Counted from the first letter of the stretch, positions 25,310-39,560 are shown. The stretch is 64,000 nucleotides of DNA from Lama guanicoe (GCA_013239625.1 MU053304.1:124001-188000); one strand, 5' to 3'. A program made the numbers and translations. The notes: generated from the letters alone by a model not told the origin.

Positions 25310-25500
25310 CATGGAGATGGTGGGTAAGAGTTTCCTAGACTGCAGACCTGAAGTCAAGTCCCAGCTCGGCCCCAGTTAGCCATGTGATCTTGGGCAACTG
25401 ACTCTACACTCATCTGTAAAACAGGGATGATTATTTCAGGGGGTTGTGTTTATGATTCAATAAGGTGATACGTGAGTATAAGATAATTAAACACATAAAA
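25310..25500 (+). mobile_element. MIR SINE
   Basis: agtcccagctc...tgtgatcttgggcaac...ctcatctgtaaaacagggatg. Confidence 0.75.
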
Positions 25501-26179
25501 AGGCATAAAAGCATCATCTAATAAATTACATGTTTTGGTATATGTATATTTGCCACATTAACAACAAAGCTAAATGAAAACTTCAAATTTTCACGTGTTA
25601 ATTTTCTTTAACCTGGATATTTTGGGCTGAACATTAATGGAGATGATCTATTACTAGGGAACTGAGCTTTCTCTCGGTGTTTCCTCTGGTGTATATCAAG
25701 CCCCGAGGCAGAGAAGACAGGAAAAGGACACTCAGTGAGTGCCTACTACATGCCCAGCACTGTCTCATAATCAACAGACAGCCCAGATTATGCTAGTGAT
25801 TTAATATTTTTAAAGTAACTCTATTTCAAAAAGAACCGATTAAATACAGCTATAGAAAAGGATAATTGAACACACATTTAAAGTATTATTATGCTTGTGG
25901 GAACACTCCTATCCTAGGAATTCTAATTACATCTGTAAGACCACAAGAGAACTGTTTAAACAATCACAATTTGAAACTCCTGATTCTCCCGCATACAAAC
26001 TTTGGTATAATTCCACTAAGTCACCTCTTAGGCGAAAAGATTATAGAGCAACTTTATATTGCACACTGTGTATAAATATATGTATCAAAATCAACTTTTT
26101 TCACACTCATAACAGGACTTCCATGCACATCAGTGTGTTCCTCTGAAAGCTACAAAGGGACTCCGTACAGTTATTCATA

Positions 26180-26470
26180 TAATGCCACAACTGCTCAAAA
26201 AGGTTTTGGAATTCTTTAAGAACTACTTTCTAAGCCAATGCATGAGCTTCACAAGAAAATCAGTTTTACTGCTTTATAATTATACTTTATTTTTTTTTGA
26301 AGTTGTATTATCCAGCTTGATCACCCACCTGATTTACCACTCTTGGCTCTAAATTGACTTGGCTGTTTCCAAAACTCAAATTCACTCTCAAAGATGAAGA
26401 TTTGCCATTGTTGAAAATGTGCCTTAGGCTCTGAAGGCAATTTCCAAAGAGAAGTCCAAAAATGTGTATG
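26180..26470 (+). mobile_element. Mariner-type (MARNA-like) transposon relic
   Basis: cttgatcacccacctgatttaccactcttggctctaaattgacttggctgtttccaaaactcaaa is a frameshifted version of the mariner motif HPPYSPDLAPxDFxLFPxLK. Confidence 0.7.
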
Positions 26471-29109
26471 GCTTCTTACCCGCTGCCTGCCAGCAAGCTC
26501 AAATCCTCCTCATTCTCAAAAACATCTTCAGGACCCTGCTTCGGTCAAGCACCCTCTCACTGCCTGGGACACAGCAAAGCTCCTTGAAAGGGATGTTTAT
26601 ACTGAGCATCCCCCTTTTATTTTTCACCTCCCTCCCACTCAACTGACTACAATCTGCTCTGGCTCCCAGAGCCACTGAAACAACTCATGAAATAGTCAAA
26701 AGACAAAGAAAATGACTTGGGCTAAATGTAGTGACTTCTGTTGGAGTTTTGTCCTGGCTAACCTCCCTGCAGCAGAGCACAGGGCAGCCTACCCTTGCTT
26801 GGAACTTGTTACCAATTGTGCCTTTTCCTTTTCTTTAACTCTTCTAATATCCTCCTTTCTGCACCTCCACCCCACCTTTTTCTAAGAAGCTTCCACCCTT
26901 TAAACGCTGGAGCTTTTCAGAGTCCATCACTGGTCCTCTTTCCTTTTCAGACTGTGGGTTTACTTGGTATATTCCTTCATTCTGAGGCTTTGATTACTAC
27001 TTCTTGCCCCTAAATAGGTAACTGCAGGCCTATTTTCCTCTCTGCCTTTGAGACATATCTTTTTGGCATTCTAGGCACTCAATATCCAAATTTTACTCAT
27101 GTTTCCCCATTCAAACATTTTGTTCTAGCCCTTTAACTCACAATCTCAGATATTCCTGAATTTCACCTCGGCCTAAGGTTATTGACACAAGTTTAAGCAC
27201 CACACAGACATAACCACCTACTGAGAGGATTTCTCAGAGGATGTAACAGTGTTAGTTGCTTTTTCTTTTTAAAATACTAGTAAGACAAAAGCCTTTGAAA
27301 ATCCTATTAATTCCTCATGACCAAGTTCAAAGATTACTTGGCTTTAAAGCTTCCTCATGCAAAATTAATTACTGTCTCATCTGTGTTCACCCAGTGCCTT
27401 TTTTAAAAAAAAAATTCTGAAACTTTTGAGATAACTATTAATATATGCAGTGGTAAGAAATAATAGAGATGCTATCTACCTTTTACCTAATTTCCAATGG
27501 CAAAATCCTATAAAATTATATATAGTATAGTAACAAAACCAGGATATTGACATTGATACAATGCACTGATCTTATTTAGATTTCCCATCCTTACTTATTC
27601 ACTAAGTTATATACAATTTTACCACGTGTAGCAGGTTCACATAAGCACCATCTCAATCAAGATACGAACATTATCATCACTTCAAAGATCCTTCAAGTTG
27701 TCTTTTAATAATAATCATACCCAGCTCCCATCTGCCCTGGCTCCCCAAGTCCCTGACAACTACAAATCTATTTTCCATTTCCAAAAGGTATCTTTCCTAA
27801 AATGTCACATCAACAGAATCACACAGATGTAATCTTTCCAATTGGCTTTTTTCACTCAGAATATTTCCTGAAGATTCGTGCAATTGTTGTGTGTATCAGG
27901 AGTTCATTCTTTTTTGTTGCTGAATATCATTCCATAATGTGGATGTACCACAGCTTGTTTAACCATTCACCCATAATAGGAAATCTAGGTTGTTTCCAGT
28001 TTGGGGCTATTATGAATAAAGCTGCTATGAAAATTTGTGTACAAATTTCTGTGTGAACCATAAGTTTTCATTTTTCTGGGACAAATGCCCAGGAATACAA
28101 TTACCAGGCTAGATGGTGGTTGTGCTTAGTGTTTTAAGAAACTGCCAAAGTGTTTCCAGACTGGCTGTGCAATTTCACATTTCCACTAGCAGTGTGTGGA
28201 TGATCTGCTTTCTCCATATCCTCACCAGCACTTGGTATTGTTTGGAACTTCTCACCAACTTTGGTTTTTCCTTTTATTTTAACCTTTCTGATAGTTATGT
28301 AAGGTATTTTTTATTGTGGACTTAATTAGCATTTTCTAGTAACTAATGATATTAAACATCTTCTTGTTTGCATATTTGCCATCTGTATATCCTCTGAGCA
28401 CATGTTTTTTGTCCATTTTCTAATTGGACTGCTTTTATACTGCTGAGTTTTAATAGTTCTTTACATACTGTAGATACCAGACTTTTGTGGACATGTGGTT
28501 GCAAATATTTTTTTCCAGTCTAGTTTGTCTTTTCATCCTCTTAACAGAGTCTTCCCCAGATAAGAAATTTTTAGTTTTAATGAGAACCAATTTATCAGTC
28601 TTATATGGACTGTGCTCCTGTGCCAAGTCTAAGAATTGTTTTCTAGCCTTATATCATGCAAGTATCCTATGCTCTTAACTGTAAGTTTTATAGTTTTCCA
28701 TCGTATATTTAAGTCCATGAACCATTTTGAGTTAATTCTTGCATAAAGCATGAGGTTTAGGTCAAGGTTCATATATTTCCTATGCATGCCCAATTCCTCC
28801 AACACCATGTTGAAAAGCTATCCTTCTTCCATTGAATTGCTTTTGCTCCTTTGTCAAAAATTAATTGGGCATATTTGTGTGGAATTAATTCTGGCCTTTC
28901 TATTCTGTTTCATTAATTTAGTGTCTATCCCTTGTAAGTTTTTTGTAGATGCTCTTTATCAAGCAGAGGACGTTCTTCTATTTTCCTAGTTTGCTGAGAG
29001 TTTTTAGTATGAATGTGCATTGGACTTTATCCAAATGTCTCTTTTTAATAACTGAGAATCATACAATTTATTTTGTTGATATGATAGATTACATGTATTG
29101 ATTTTTATA

Positions 29110-30280
29110 CGTTTTATGTATTTATAACTCACAAACCACAAAATTCACCCTTTTAAAATGTATAATTCAAGCTTTGTGCAGTTACAGTATCATAGCCAAT
29201 GAGGTTTATCCAAGGCATGATTATTATTAATTGAAAATAAGTAAAATGGACAATTCAGAGATTTTTAGCATATGCAAAAATTTGGGTAACCATTTGCATT
29301 GCCTAATTTATAATATTTTCATTGCCCAAAACAGAAACTTCATACCCATTAGCAGTCACTCTGTTTCCCCTTCCCTGTAGCACCTAGCAACCACTGACTG
29401 ACTTTCTTATCTGCCATACACCATGTGGCCTTTTGTGCGTGGCTTCTTTCATTTGGTATTATGTTTTCAAGGTTCATCCATGTTGTAGCATGTATCAGTA
29501 TTTCATTCCTCTGTATGGCCGAAGAATATTCCAGTGAATGAATACACCAAATACTGTTTATATACTCACACTGGATGGACATTTAGGCTGTTTCCTTTTT
29601 TTTTTTTGGCTATTAAGGACAACGCTATGAACATTTATGTTCAAGGTTCTGTGTGGACATGTTTTCAGTTCTCTAGGAGTCATAAACTGCTGGGTCATAC
29701 ACTCTATGTTTAACCTTCTGAGGAACTGCCAAACTGTTTTACAAAGTGGCTGTACCATTTCATATTCACACCAGCAGTATATGAGGATTTCAATTTCTCT
29801 GCATCCTCATTAACATTTGTTATCTGTATTTTTAATTACAACTATCCTAGTGGGTACACAGTGTTATCTCATTATGGTTTGCATTTTCATAAGGACCTAT
29901 GATATTGAGCATTTTTTTCATATGTTTATTGGCTATCTGTATATCTTCAAATTCTCTGCTCATTTAAAATTCCGTTGTCTTCTATTATTAAATTGTAAAG
30001 TTCTTTATATATTCGGGATACAAGTTCCTTATTAAATACATAATTTGCAAATATTTTTCCCATTCTGTGGATTGTTTTTCACTTTTTTGATGGTGTTCTT
30101 TGAAACACAAGTTTTAAATTTCGATGAAGACCAATTTATCTATTTTTTTTCCTGTTGTCACTTGTCCTTTGCCTAATCCAAGGTCATGCAGATTTACTCT
30201 TACATCTTTCCCCAGAAGAATTTTGTTTTAGTTCTTACATTTAGGTGTGTGATTCATTTAAAATTAATTTTTGTATATGG
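29110..30280 (-). mobile_element. L1MB-like 3' fragment nested in the older L1
   Basis: A second L1 3' terminus (aaaattcacccttttaaaatgtataattca...) starts in the middle of the host ORF2; host sequence resumes near 30281. Confidence 0.75.
29170..29237 (+). pseudogene. U4 snRNA 3'-truncated retropseudogene (nt 1-68)
   Basis: agctttgtgcagttacagtatcatagccaatgaggtttatccaaggcatgattattattaattgaaaa matches U4 nt 1-68 as I recall them at 59/68 without gaps, many changes at CpGs. Flanked by direct repeats taaaatgtataattca (29154-29169) and taaaatggacaattca (29242-29257). Confidence 0.93.
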
Positions 30281-32670
30281 TACTTTGCTTTCTGAATGTT
30301 GACCCAGTCTTGCATACCTGGAATAAATAATACTAGGTTGTGGATTACAATTCTTTTTATAGACTGCTGGATTTGACTTGCTAATATTTTGTTGAGTATA
30401 TTTGCATCTGAGTTCATAAGGAATATCGGTCTATAGTTTGTTTTTTTTAAAAATACTCTTTGCCTGATTTTAGTATCAGGATAATACTGGCTTCATAAAA
30501 TAACCTGGGAAGCATTCTATTTTCTGGAAAAGATTGGGTAAAATTGGTATTAATTCTTCTTTAAATGTTTTCTAGAATTCTCCAGTGAAACCACCTGGGC
30601 CTGGAGATTCCCTTTTAGGGAACTTTAACATTACAAATTCAATATTTTTAATGGTTATACTACTAGTCAGATGGTCTATTTCAACTTAGTTGAATTCTGA
30701 CAGTTTGTAGTCTTTGATGAACTGGTGCCTTCTAAGTTGCTGAATTTATGAACATCTTGATAAGCTGTTTGTAGTATTCCCTTATAATCCTTTTAAGCTG
30801 CAGTATCTGTAGTGATGTCCCCTGTTTCATTCCTAATGTGATTTGTATCTTTTCTGTTTATCAGTCTTGCTAAAGGTTTATCAATTTTACTGACTTATTT
30901 CAAATAACAAGTTTTTTGTCCAATTTTTCCTTGTTTTCCTATTTTTAATTTTACTGATTTCTCCTCTTGTTAATTTCCTCCCTTCTGCTTACTTTGGATT
31001 TATTTTTCTATTTATAGGTTTTTGAGGTAAGAATTTAGATAACTGATTTGAGACCTTTCCTCTTTTTAATGTAAGCATTTATAGCTATAAATTTCCCTCT
31101 CAACACTGCTGTAGCTACATCGCACATATTTTGATGTTTTCATTTTCATTCAGTTCTAAGCAATTTTTAAAAATTTCCTTTGAGAGTTCCTCTTTGACCA
31201 ATAGACTATTTAGAAATGTGTTGTTTATTTTCTAAGGGTCTAGAGATTTTCCTGTTGCCTTTCCATTGTGGATTTCTAGTTTATTTCTATGTGCTTAAGA
31301 ACATACTCTGCGTGATTTCATTTCTCTTATACTTGTTGAAGTTTTGTCTTGTTTTGTTTTGTTTTGTTTTGTTTAGTGTCTCAAGATATGGTCCACACTG
31401 ATGAATATTCCATCACGGATAAAAAAATGTATTCTGCTATTGTTGAATGGAATGTTCTATATGTAATCTCACCTACAGTCTACTGGTTGGTTGTGTTGTT
31501 CAGATCTTCTGTATCAATGCTGATTTTTTGAGAAAGGTGTTTAATAGTCAAATCTAATTGTGCATCTGTTACTCCTTTTAGCTCCACCAGCTTTTGCTTC
31601 TTGTAATTTGAGACTCTGTTGTTCAGTGCATATACATTTAAGATCATTATGTCTTCTTGATGGAGGCTTTTTAAAATTAATTATTTCCATTGGATATCTT
31701 TTTTTCATCCTTTTGTTTTAAACCTACCTATGTTACAGTATTTGAAATGAGTTTACTGTAGACATCTAACTGTTATATCATGGGTTTTTTTTTAATCCAT
31801 CCCATCAATCTCTGCCTTTTAATTGGTGTATTTAGGACACTTACCTTAAGGGCAAATTATTAATATTTTAGGGGTTAAGTTGCTATTTTATATTTTGGTT
31901 TTTGTTTGTTTCCTCCCTTTCTCATTATTATTCTTCTTTTCCTGTAAGTTACACACACATTTATTTTTTTGGATTCCACCTTGATTTATGTTTTTTAAAT
32001 GTAACACTTTGTATAGTTTTCTTAGAGGTTGCTCTGGGTACTACAATATACCTAGTTATACAGCCAGCAGTATCAACATTTTACTACAATTGAGGTGTAG
32101 GAATCTTAATTCTACTTAGGTTCTTTTACCCTCTCCAAATTCTAAGTATAATTATCTTATATATTTTTTTCCACATAACACTGATCACTACATTAGTTGG
32201 TGTTACAATTTATGATTTAAGAAACTCATGAGAGGGATAGTTTATATTTGCTCCTATTTTTACCCATTCTGATATTCTTTCCATTCTGAAATTCCAAACC
32301 TTCTGCTAACATTTCCTTTTTATTTAGAGAGCTTTCTTTAGCTATCCTTTCAGGATATGTTGGGTAGCAACAAAGTCTCTTACTTTTCCTTTCTCTGAGA
32401 ATTTTTTATTTCCTCTTCATTTCTGAAGGATATTTTTGCTGGAAATAGAATTCATGGTTGACAGTTGTTTTCTTTCAGTACTTGAAAAATGTTGCGCCAC
32501 TTTATTCTGGCCTCTGTGGTTTCAAATGAGAAACTACTCATTTGAATTGGTGTTCCCCTAAAAGTAATGCTTCATTTCTCCCTGCTTCAAATTTTTTTTC
32601 TTTGTATTTAGTTTTCAGAAGTTTCAATGTGTGTTAGCACTGATTTCTTTGGGTTTTTGCTATTTGGGGT

Positions 32671-33653
32671 TATGATACTGCTATTTATAATAAGAAACAT
32701 TTATTTGGTGTTTACTCTTGTTTCTGGCACAGAGCTCCTAAAACTCTTGGAATTTCCTAATTGATAAGAACAATAAAGATATCTTTCAATATTCGTAATA
32801 AATCCTTTTCAACTACATGTGAGCTTATGTTGAGATGACTTTAAGAAACCATTTAAAGATGGGGGCTGGCTGTCAGAGGAACAAACCATGCGATTAGAGG
32901 GCCAGAACTTTCAGCTCTACTCCCCAGCCCTAGAGGATGGATGAGAGTGGCTAAAGACTGAGGTCGTGCTCTACACTGGAATTTGACACAATACTGTAAA
33001 ATGACTATAACTCAATAAAAAAATGTAAAGACTGAGGTCAATCATCACGAATGGCCAATGATTTAATTACTCGTGCCTATGTAATGAAGCTTCCATAAAA
33101 ACCCCAAAGGACAAGGTTCAGAGAGCTTCTGGGTTGGCGTACACGTGGAGGGTCTGGGAAGATGCCATGCCCAAAGAAGGCATGGAAGCCCTGCACTCCC
33201 TTCCCACATACCTTCCCTATGCATCTTTTTCATTTAGATATTCCTGAGTTACATTCTTTCATAATAAACCAGTAATCTAGTAAGTAAACTGCTTTCCTGA
33301 GTTCTGTGAGCCACACTAACAAGTTAATCAAATCTGAGGAGGGTGTCTGGGAACCTTCAATTTATAGCTGGTTAGTCAGCAGCACCAATAAGAATCTGGA
33401 CTTATGACTGGCACCTGCAGTTGGTGGGGACTTGGGGGAGAGTGTCTTATGGGACTGAGCCCTTAACCTGTGGGACCTGATGCTATCTCTAGGTTGACAG
33501 TGTCATAATTGAGTTCATTGTGGGACACCTAGCTGGTGTTGCAGAATTGCTTAATGTGTGGAAAACACACACATCTGGTGTCAGAGGTAAAGTGGCATTG
33601 TAGTCAAGCAATAAGAGTGGAGGACACACAGGAAGAGCGTGTTTTTCTTTACA
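32671..33653 (+). mobile_element. Solo LTR, MER21-like (ERVL class)
   Basis: Perfect 5-bp TSD ggggt (32666-32670, 33654-33658); ends in CA; internal aataaa; motifs ctggcacagagctcctaaaac and ttcctgagttctgtgagcc. Confidence 0.85.
32966..33026 (+). mobile_element. 61-bp extreme 3' stub of a young L1 inserted in the LTR
   Basis: Perfect TSD aaagactgaggtc (32953-32965, 33027-33039); insert is near-identical to about 62648-62709. Confidence 0.92.
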
Positions 33654-35276
33654 GGGGTGTGCTCAGCTTATTGAATCTGTAGGTTTGTCTTTGATCAAAT
33701 TTGGGAAGTTATCAGCTATTATTTCTTTGAATACTTTTCCAGTCCCATTCACTCTCTCCTCTCTTTCTGGGACTCCAGCGATACAAATGTTAGCTCTTTT
33801 GTTATTATTCCATAAGATCTTGTTGCTTAGACTAGGTAATTCTGTTGATCTGTCTTCAAGTTCATTAATTCTATCCCACCATCTCTGATCTACCACTGAG
33901 CTTTGGATAGTTTTCCATTTTAATGATAGTATTTTTCACTTCACTGTTTTTCCATTTGGTTCTTTTAAAATTTTTCTATTTCTTGGCTGAGATTTTTTTA
34001 TTCTTCTCATGTTTTGAGAGAAGTCATAATTATTTGTTAAAGCACTTTCATAAAAATTGCTTTAAAATCCTCATCAGATAATTGCAACATTTGATTCATC
34101 TTGGTCTTGATATCAACTATCTTTTTCTCATTCAAACTGAGATTTTCCTGGTTCTTGGTATGATGAGTTATTTTCAATTATATCCTAAACATTTTGAATA
34201 TTATTAGATTCTGGATCCCACTTAATCTTTATTAAGTAAGCAGCTCCCTCAGAGATGTCGCACAAGGACCAAGTGTGCATGTTCAGCTTCCTGCTGGGTC
34301 CTGTTGCTACCAGCCCAGCAAAAGTGAAGCAATGACTCAGACTGCCTCACTGCAAATGGCTGGTAGAAGTTCAGCTCTCCTTTCAGCCCTGCTGACATAT
34401 TCCCAGTGACAGAGGGACCCCAATTCACACTGTCTCACTGCCTCCAAGTATGGATATAAGCTTAGCTCTCCACTAAGCCCCACTGCCACAAGGAAGAGGG
34501 AAAGCTAAAGTCTGATAAGTACTATTCTGTCATGCAGTTTGTGGGCAGAAGCTCAAATTCCTATTGACACTAGGAGAGGGAAGTAGGTGAGCGCCAGATA
34601 TCCCTTTCCTATCACTTTGTTTATGCTGGTACAAGATAAGAGGCTCAGTTTGTACTGGGTTCCACTGACACCAGGGAGGTGTGCTGTGGTGATCAGCCCT
34701 GTCCCATCAAATCTCTTTGCTTCCAGACAGAGACAGAAGCTCATCTCACCACTGGAACTTGTTGGTACTACTCTCATGGGACAACTGGAACACTGCCTAC
34801 GTTTGCTAGATCGGGGACAGAAAATCAGCTTCACTCTCAGTTCTACCAATACTAACCACGCAGGGCAATCAGAATGCAATCTGCATCCACTGGATAAGAA
34901 ATAGTGTCAGCTCCCTCCTTGGCCCCATTGACACTACCCCAATAGGGAAATTGGAGCATGCCTGCTTCCACTGAGAAGGGGAAGGAGGAACAGTTTATTA
35001 CTTAGTTCCACTGACACGCTTCTGACAAGGGAATTAGAGCACCACCAACTGCTTCTGCTGTGCAGGAGATGGAAGATTATTAGCTCCCTGCTCAGTTCTG
35101 CAGTCACCTCCCAAAGTAGGAATCAGAGTGTCACCTGCATGTGGCAGACAGAATGGATGATTAAGTCACTGCATGGCTCCACAGACATTACCAGGTGGGG
35201 GGAGCATTGCTGCTTGATTTCATGAGACAGGATTGGGGAGTGTAGAATATTAACATCTTGCTCAGCCCCACATGGG

Positions 35277-35306
35277 GTGTGTGTGTGTGTGTGTGCATGT
35301 GCGTGT
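35277..35306. repeat. (TG)n microsatellite
   Basis: Direct reading. Confidence 0.85.
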
Positions 35307-36599
35307 CTTTTCCATTGGTGTTTGGCTGGAGTATGGTGAGTATTGCCAAAAAGGTTTTCTGTTGTTAGACAACCTTTTTCTCAGTTTTTGTGGCTAGAGG
35401 AGAAAGGTTTCTCCTGGAGATTTACTTTTCCTGTGCTTTTTGGCCTTTTCAGGTTGGCAACTTCTGCAGCACCCTACCTAGGATATGTGGAAGGCAATAA
35501 GGAAACCAGGGGATAACCAGAATGATGTTCCTCAAGTCCTGAGACCCCTAGGCAATCCATCTTCTTTTCCCCACCCTTGAGGATCTTCCTAAGCTTGTTT
35601 GTTGTGTTATGTTCATGTTTTTAGCTACAAGAAGAAGGGGCCAGGAGGAATGGGTAGACTCCATCTTCATCAGAAACAGAAGTTCTGCCTCATTTTATTA
35701 TAGTAATTTTAACATTTTATTCTTTAAGATGTTTTCCTACCTAATTTTCACACTAGACAGCAACCTCTTCGAAGGTGCTGCGCTGTGCTTTTTATCTATA
35801 TTCTTTTTCCTAGGAGTATCAAAAAGAAATTGGAATGAATCCTACCACTTGCTTAAAAACACGTTATACTTAATAAATTAATACATATTCTGCAAATTCT
35901 AAATAAAACCTTTGTCTTTTTCTTTTTTCTCCCTCTTTTATCCTATACACATTTAATTACTTATATGATTTATTATATACTTAATACTGAGTTAGCTTCT
36001 AGAAACAGAAGGGCAAGTGAGACCTAGTCCTTGTTCTTGAGGACTTTGCTTTCAATCAAGAAGATAGGGTCACATACAGGTAAGTTCGAATACAGTATGG
36101 CAAGTATCATAATACGGGTATGAACAAATGGTCAAGAGAAAGAGAAGTGAGGTAATTTTTCCAGAGTGAGATGGCAAAAACTTCACAGGAGTTAAAATGG
36201 GCCCTGAAAAATGGATGACGTGCAGTACAAGCATGGGCAAGATACAGAACTATCACAGAGTAAAATGGTTTGGGGAAAGATGAAGGGTTAAATATAGAAC
36301 AAGATATCGCCCAGGAAGCTAAGGAATTTATTTACTTTCCTTTCTGTTATCAATAAAGTTGATAATTTCACTTGCATTGATATGAGTGTCAAGCTACCCA
36401 ATATTCTTAATGATCTGCCCATACAATTATTTACTGCTCATGGCTTTTATTTTCAATTTCTATCTTTCTCTATTATCTTCAGTGGGGGCTTATTTCTTTC
36501 CCAGAACTTTCTGCTGGAAGTTGTCCTCTTCTGGCTCCAACCCTGGCATTAGAAAGTGAAGAGACTTGAAAGTGACACCAGTGGCACTTGCGGATTACA

Positions 36600-39560
36600 G
36601 ACCTTTGAAAAGCCACTACTCCATATAAGCATTAATAACACTGGCAAAATTGTTAAAAATCAACCTTTTCATAACTCTGGAAATTAACTAAAGGATTATA
36701 AAAATCTGATGTACGTTTACACAAGGAAACAGCTGAAGCTCAATTAGAACAGTGAGCTTTATAAGGTTTTTACTTGCCTTATATCAGTGGCCCTCTCCTT
36801 AGGTCTACAGTAGCCTTGAAGACCAACAGCTTTCTAATTATGGTGAAAATCAGCAGCCTAGTAGCTACTGCAGCAGGCAGGACAAATTTAGAAGCTCACC
36901 AAAATCTGCATTCCCAAGTTACTATTATTATCGGAGCTGCCTGGCAGTTCCCTGAAAACCCTCATTCACATTACTTTGACCTGACTCACACTTTGCTCTG
37001 GTGCAAAAAGCCTTATATCCCCAGAGCTCCAGGGTGCTTGTCAAAAGCAATCAGCAGCAATTATTTAACATCATAGATTTCTGAGGTGATGATAACAGCT
37101 GGGAAACAGGAAGCTAACCAAAAAAGTTAAAAGTTAAAGCTGGGGGATAAGATGTCCACAGAGGGCTTTGACATATTCCTGGGGATCAAGACAGCCACTC
37201 ACATGCATAAATTGTGCACATGCCCAGGAGAGACTGGATAAGGCCTTAAGTTCTCACCACTGGCTGACCTAGAAGCTCTAAACAGGCAGGAAGTGAAGAC
37301 TAAGGCAGAGTTGTAAAGTGCATGTCTGAGTATTGAAGGTATGCCCCAATACATGCACAGAGGTTCTCAACAAAGGCTGGGAGACTACTGGTTCCAAGTA
37401 TTTAAGAAAATCTCTGTTCATTCATCAGCTGACCACTATGCTAGCAAAGCAAAAACTTCAGTGACTTCACACAACAAAGAATACAAACCCTATAGAATTA
37501 GTTCAGTGAAGTCACAAAGGGTTACTAAAAAAAAAAAAAAGACACTGACAGCAACAAACCTTAGGGGCAGGGAGAGGTGATCTGATTTTCAGAGTTTCCA
37601 CATTATATTACTTAAGATGCAATAGATATAGCTATGGCTTTATGATCTAGATAAATCATACAAATGGGAATAAAAAGAGAGCTGGAGTAGCTAGACTAAC
37701 AGCAAAATATATTTCAAGATAAAAAATTGTTATTAGAGACAAAAAAGACACTTTATAATGATAACAGGGTCAATCCATCCAGAAGACCTAACAATTATAA
37801 ACGTATATGCACCTAACAACAAATATATGAAGCAAAAACTTGCTAAGCTAAAGGGAGAAATAGACAATCAACCATAATAGTTGGAGACTTCCACACCCAA
37901 AATTCAATAATAGGGAAAACAATTATACAGAAGATCAACAAGAAATCAGAAGACTTGAACAATACTACCAATCAACTAAATTTTACAGGTAGCAATAGAA
38001 CACCCCATCTAACAACAGCAGAGTGCATATTCTTTTCAAGTGTACATGGAACATTCTCCAGGCCATAAAAAAAGTTTCTACAAATTTCAAAAGGTTAAAA
38101 TCACACAAAGTATATTCTTCAACCAAAATCAAATGAAATTCAAAATTAATAATAAAAATTTACTTGGGAAATTCATAAACATATGGAAATCAAACAGCAC
38201 ATTCCTAAATTATCAAAGAAGAAATCACAAGGGAAATCAAAAAATATTTTGAGATGAATAAAGAAATCACAACCTACCAAAATGTACCAGATGCAACTAA
38301 AGCAGTGTTTGGAAGTAAATTTATACTTGTAAATATCTATACAAAAAGTAAAAAGATCTGAACTCAGTAACATAAACTTCCACTTTAAAAAACTAGCAAA
38401 AGAAGAGCAAACTAAAGCAAGTAAAGAAGGAAAGAAAAAAGACTGGAGCAGAAATAAATGAAACAGAGAATAGATATATGAGAGAGAAAAGTAAACCCAA
38501 AAGTTGGTTATGCAAAAAGATCAATGAAGTTGAAAAACCTTTAGTTAGGCTGACCAAGAAAAAAGAGAGAAAATTCAAATTACTAAACTCACAAAAGAAA
38601 GAGTATATATTACTACTAACCTTACTGAAATAAAAATAATTATAAGAGAATACTAAGAACAATTGAATGCCAACAAATTAGAGAACCAAGATTTAAAAAT
38701 TTTTACAGGAAAATACAAACTACTGAGACTGATTTAAGAAGACAGAAAAGTTCAATAGATCTATAACAAATAAAGAGACTGAATTAATATTTTTTTAAAC
38801 TTTCCACAAAGAAAAGCAGAGAGCCAGATGGCTTCATTTGTAAATTCTACACAACATTTAAAGAAGAATTAACAACAGCTCCTCACAAACTCTTCTAAAA
38901 TTCATTTTACGAGATCAGTATCATCCTCAAAAAAAAACCAGACAAAGAATCAAAAGAAAACTACAGATCATGATCCTTTAGAAATACAGCTGCAAAAATC
39001 CTCAAGAAAACACTAGCAAGCGAAATCCATCAACATAAAAAGGATCCCATATCATAATCAAAAATGTAAGTTTGGTTCAACACATAAAACTCAATCAATG
39101 GACTATATTAATAAAGGGCAAAAATCACATAGACTCAGAAAACCACTTGATAAAATCTAAATGTATAAATAGAAAGCGGCAATCCACACAATGGAATACT
39201 ATTCAGCCATAAAAAGGATTGAAGTACTTACTATACATACTACAGCATGGGTTAACCTTGAAAACATTATGCCAAGTAATAAAAGCCAGATACAAAAGGC
39301 CACCTATTATATGGATCCATTTATATGAAACATCCAGAATAGGGAAACTCGTAGAGACAGAATGTAGATGGTTGTTGCTAGGAGCTAGGGCAGAAAGGGA
39401 ACAGGAAATGACTGATAAGCATACGCATTCTTTTGGGGGTGATGAAAACGCTCTGGAGTTAGTGGTGATGGTTGCCTAATTTTGAAAATATAAAAGATAT
39501 TGTTGAATTGTATACTTAAAAAGGTTAATTTTATAGTATTTGAATATCTCAATATAAAAA
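36600..39560 (+). mobile_element. Old LINE-1 composite (5' region, ORF2 endonuclease-to-RT fragment, 3' end)
   Basis: ORF2 sequence at about 37650-39160 (atatgcacctaacaac, tagttggagacttc, ccagatggcttca), then an abrupt jump to the 3' end at about 39165-39560. Confidence 0.8.

Larger units (their letters stand above)
27400..35690 (-). mobile_element. Long, old LINE-1 (L1MC-like) with internal deletions and nested insertions
   Basis: 3'UTR from about 27400, ORF2 remnants to about 32000, ORF1-like peptide in ORF 33663-33896 (INELEDRS...ANICIAGVPEREE...FKEIIADNFPNL), 5' region to about 35690. Confidence 0.8.

Noticed and set aside
29743..29760. aaagtggctgtaccattt resembling human miR-562, an L1-derived miRNA in a DIS3L2 intron
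   Set aside because: This is generic L1 sequence and lies antisense to the DIS3L2 transcript here. There is no evidence of orthology or a hairpin.
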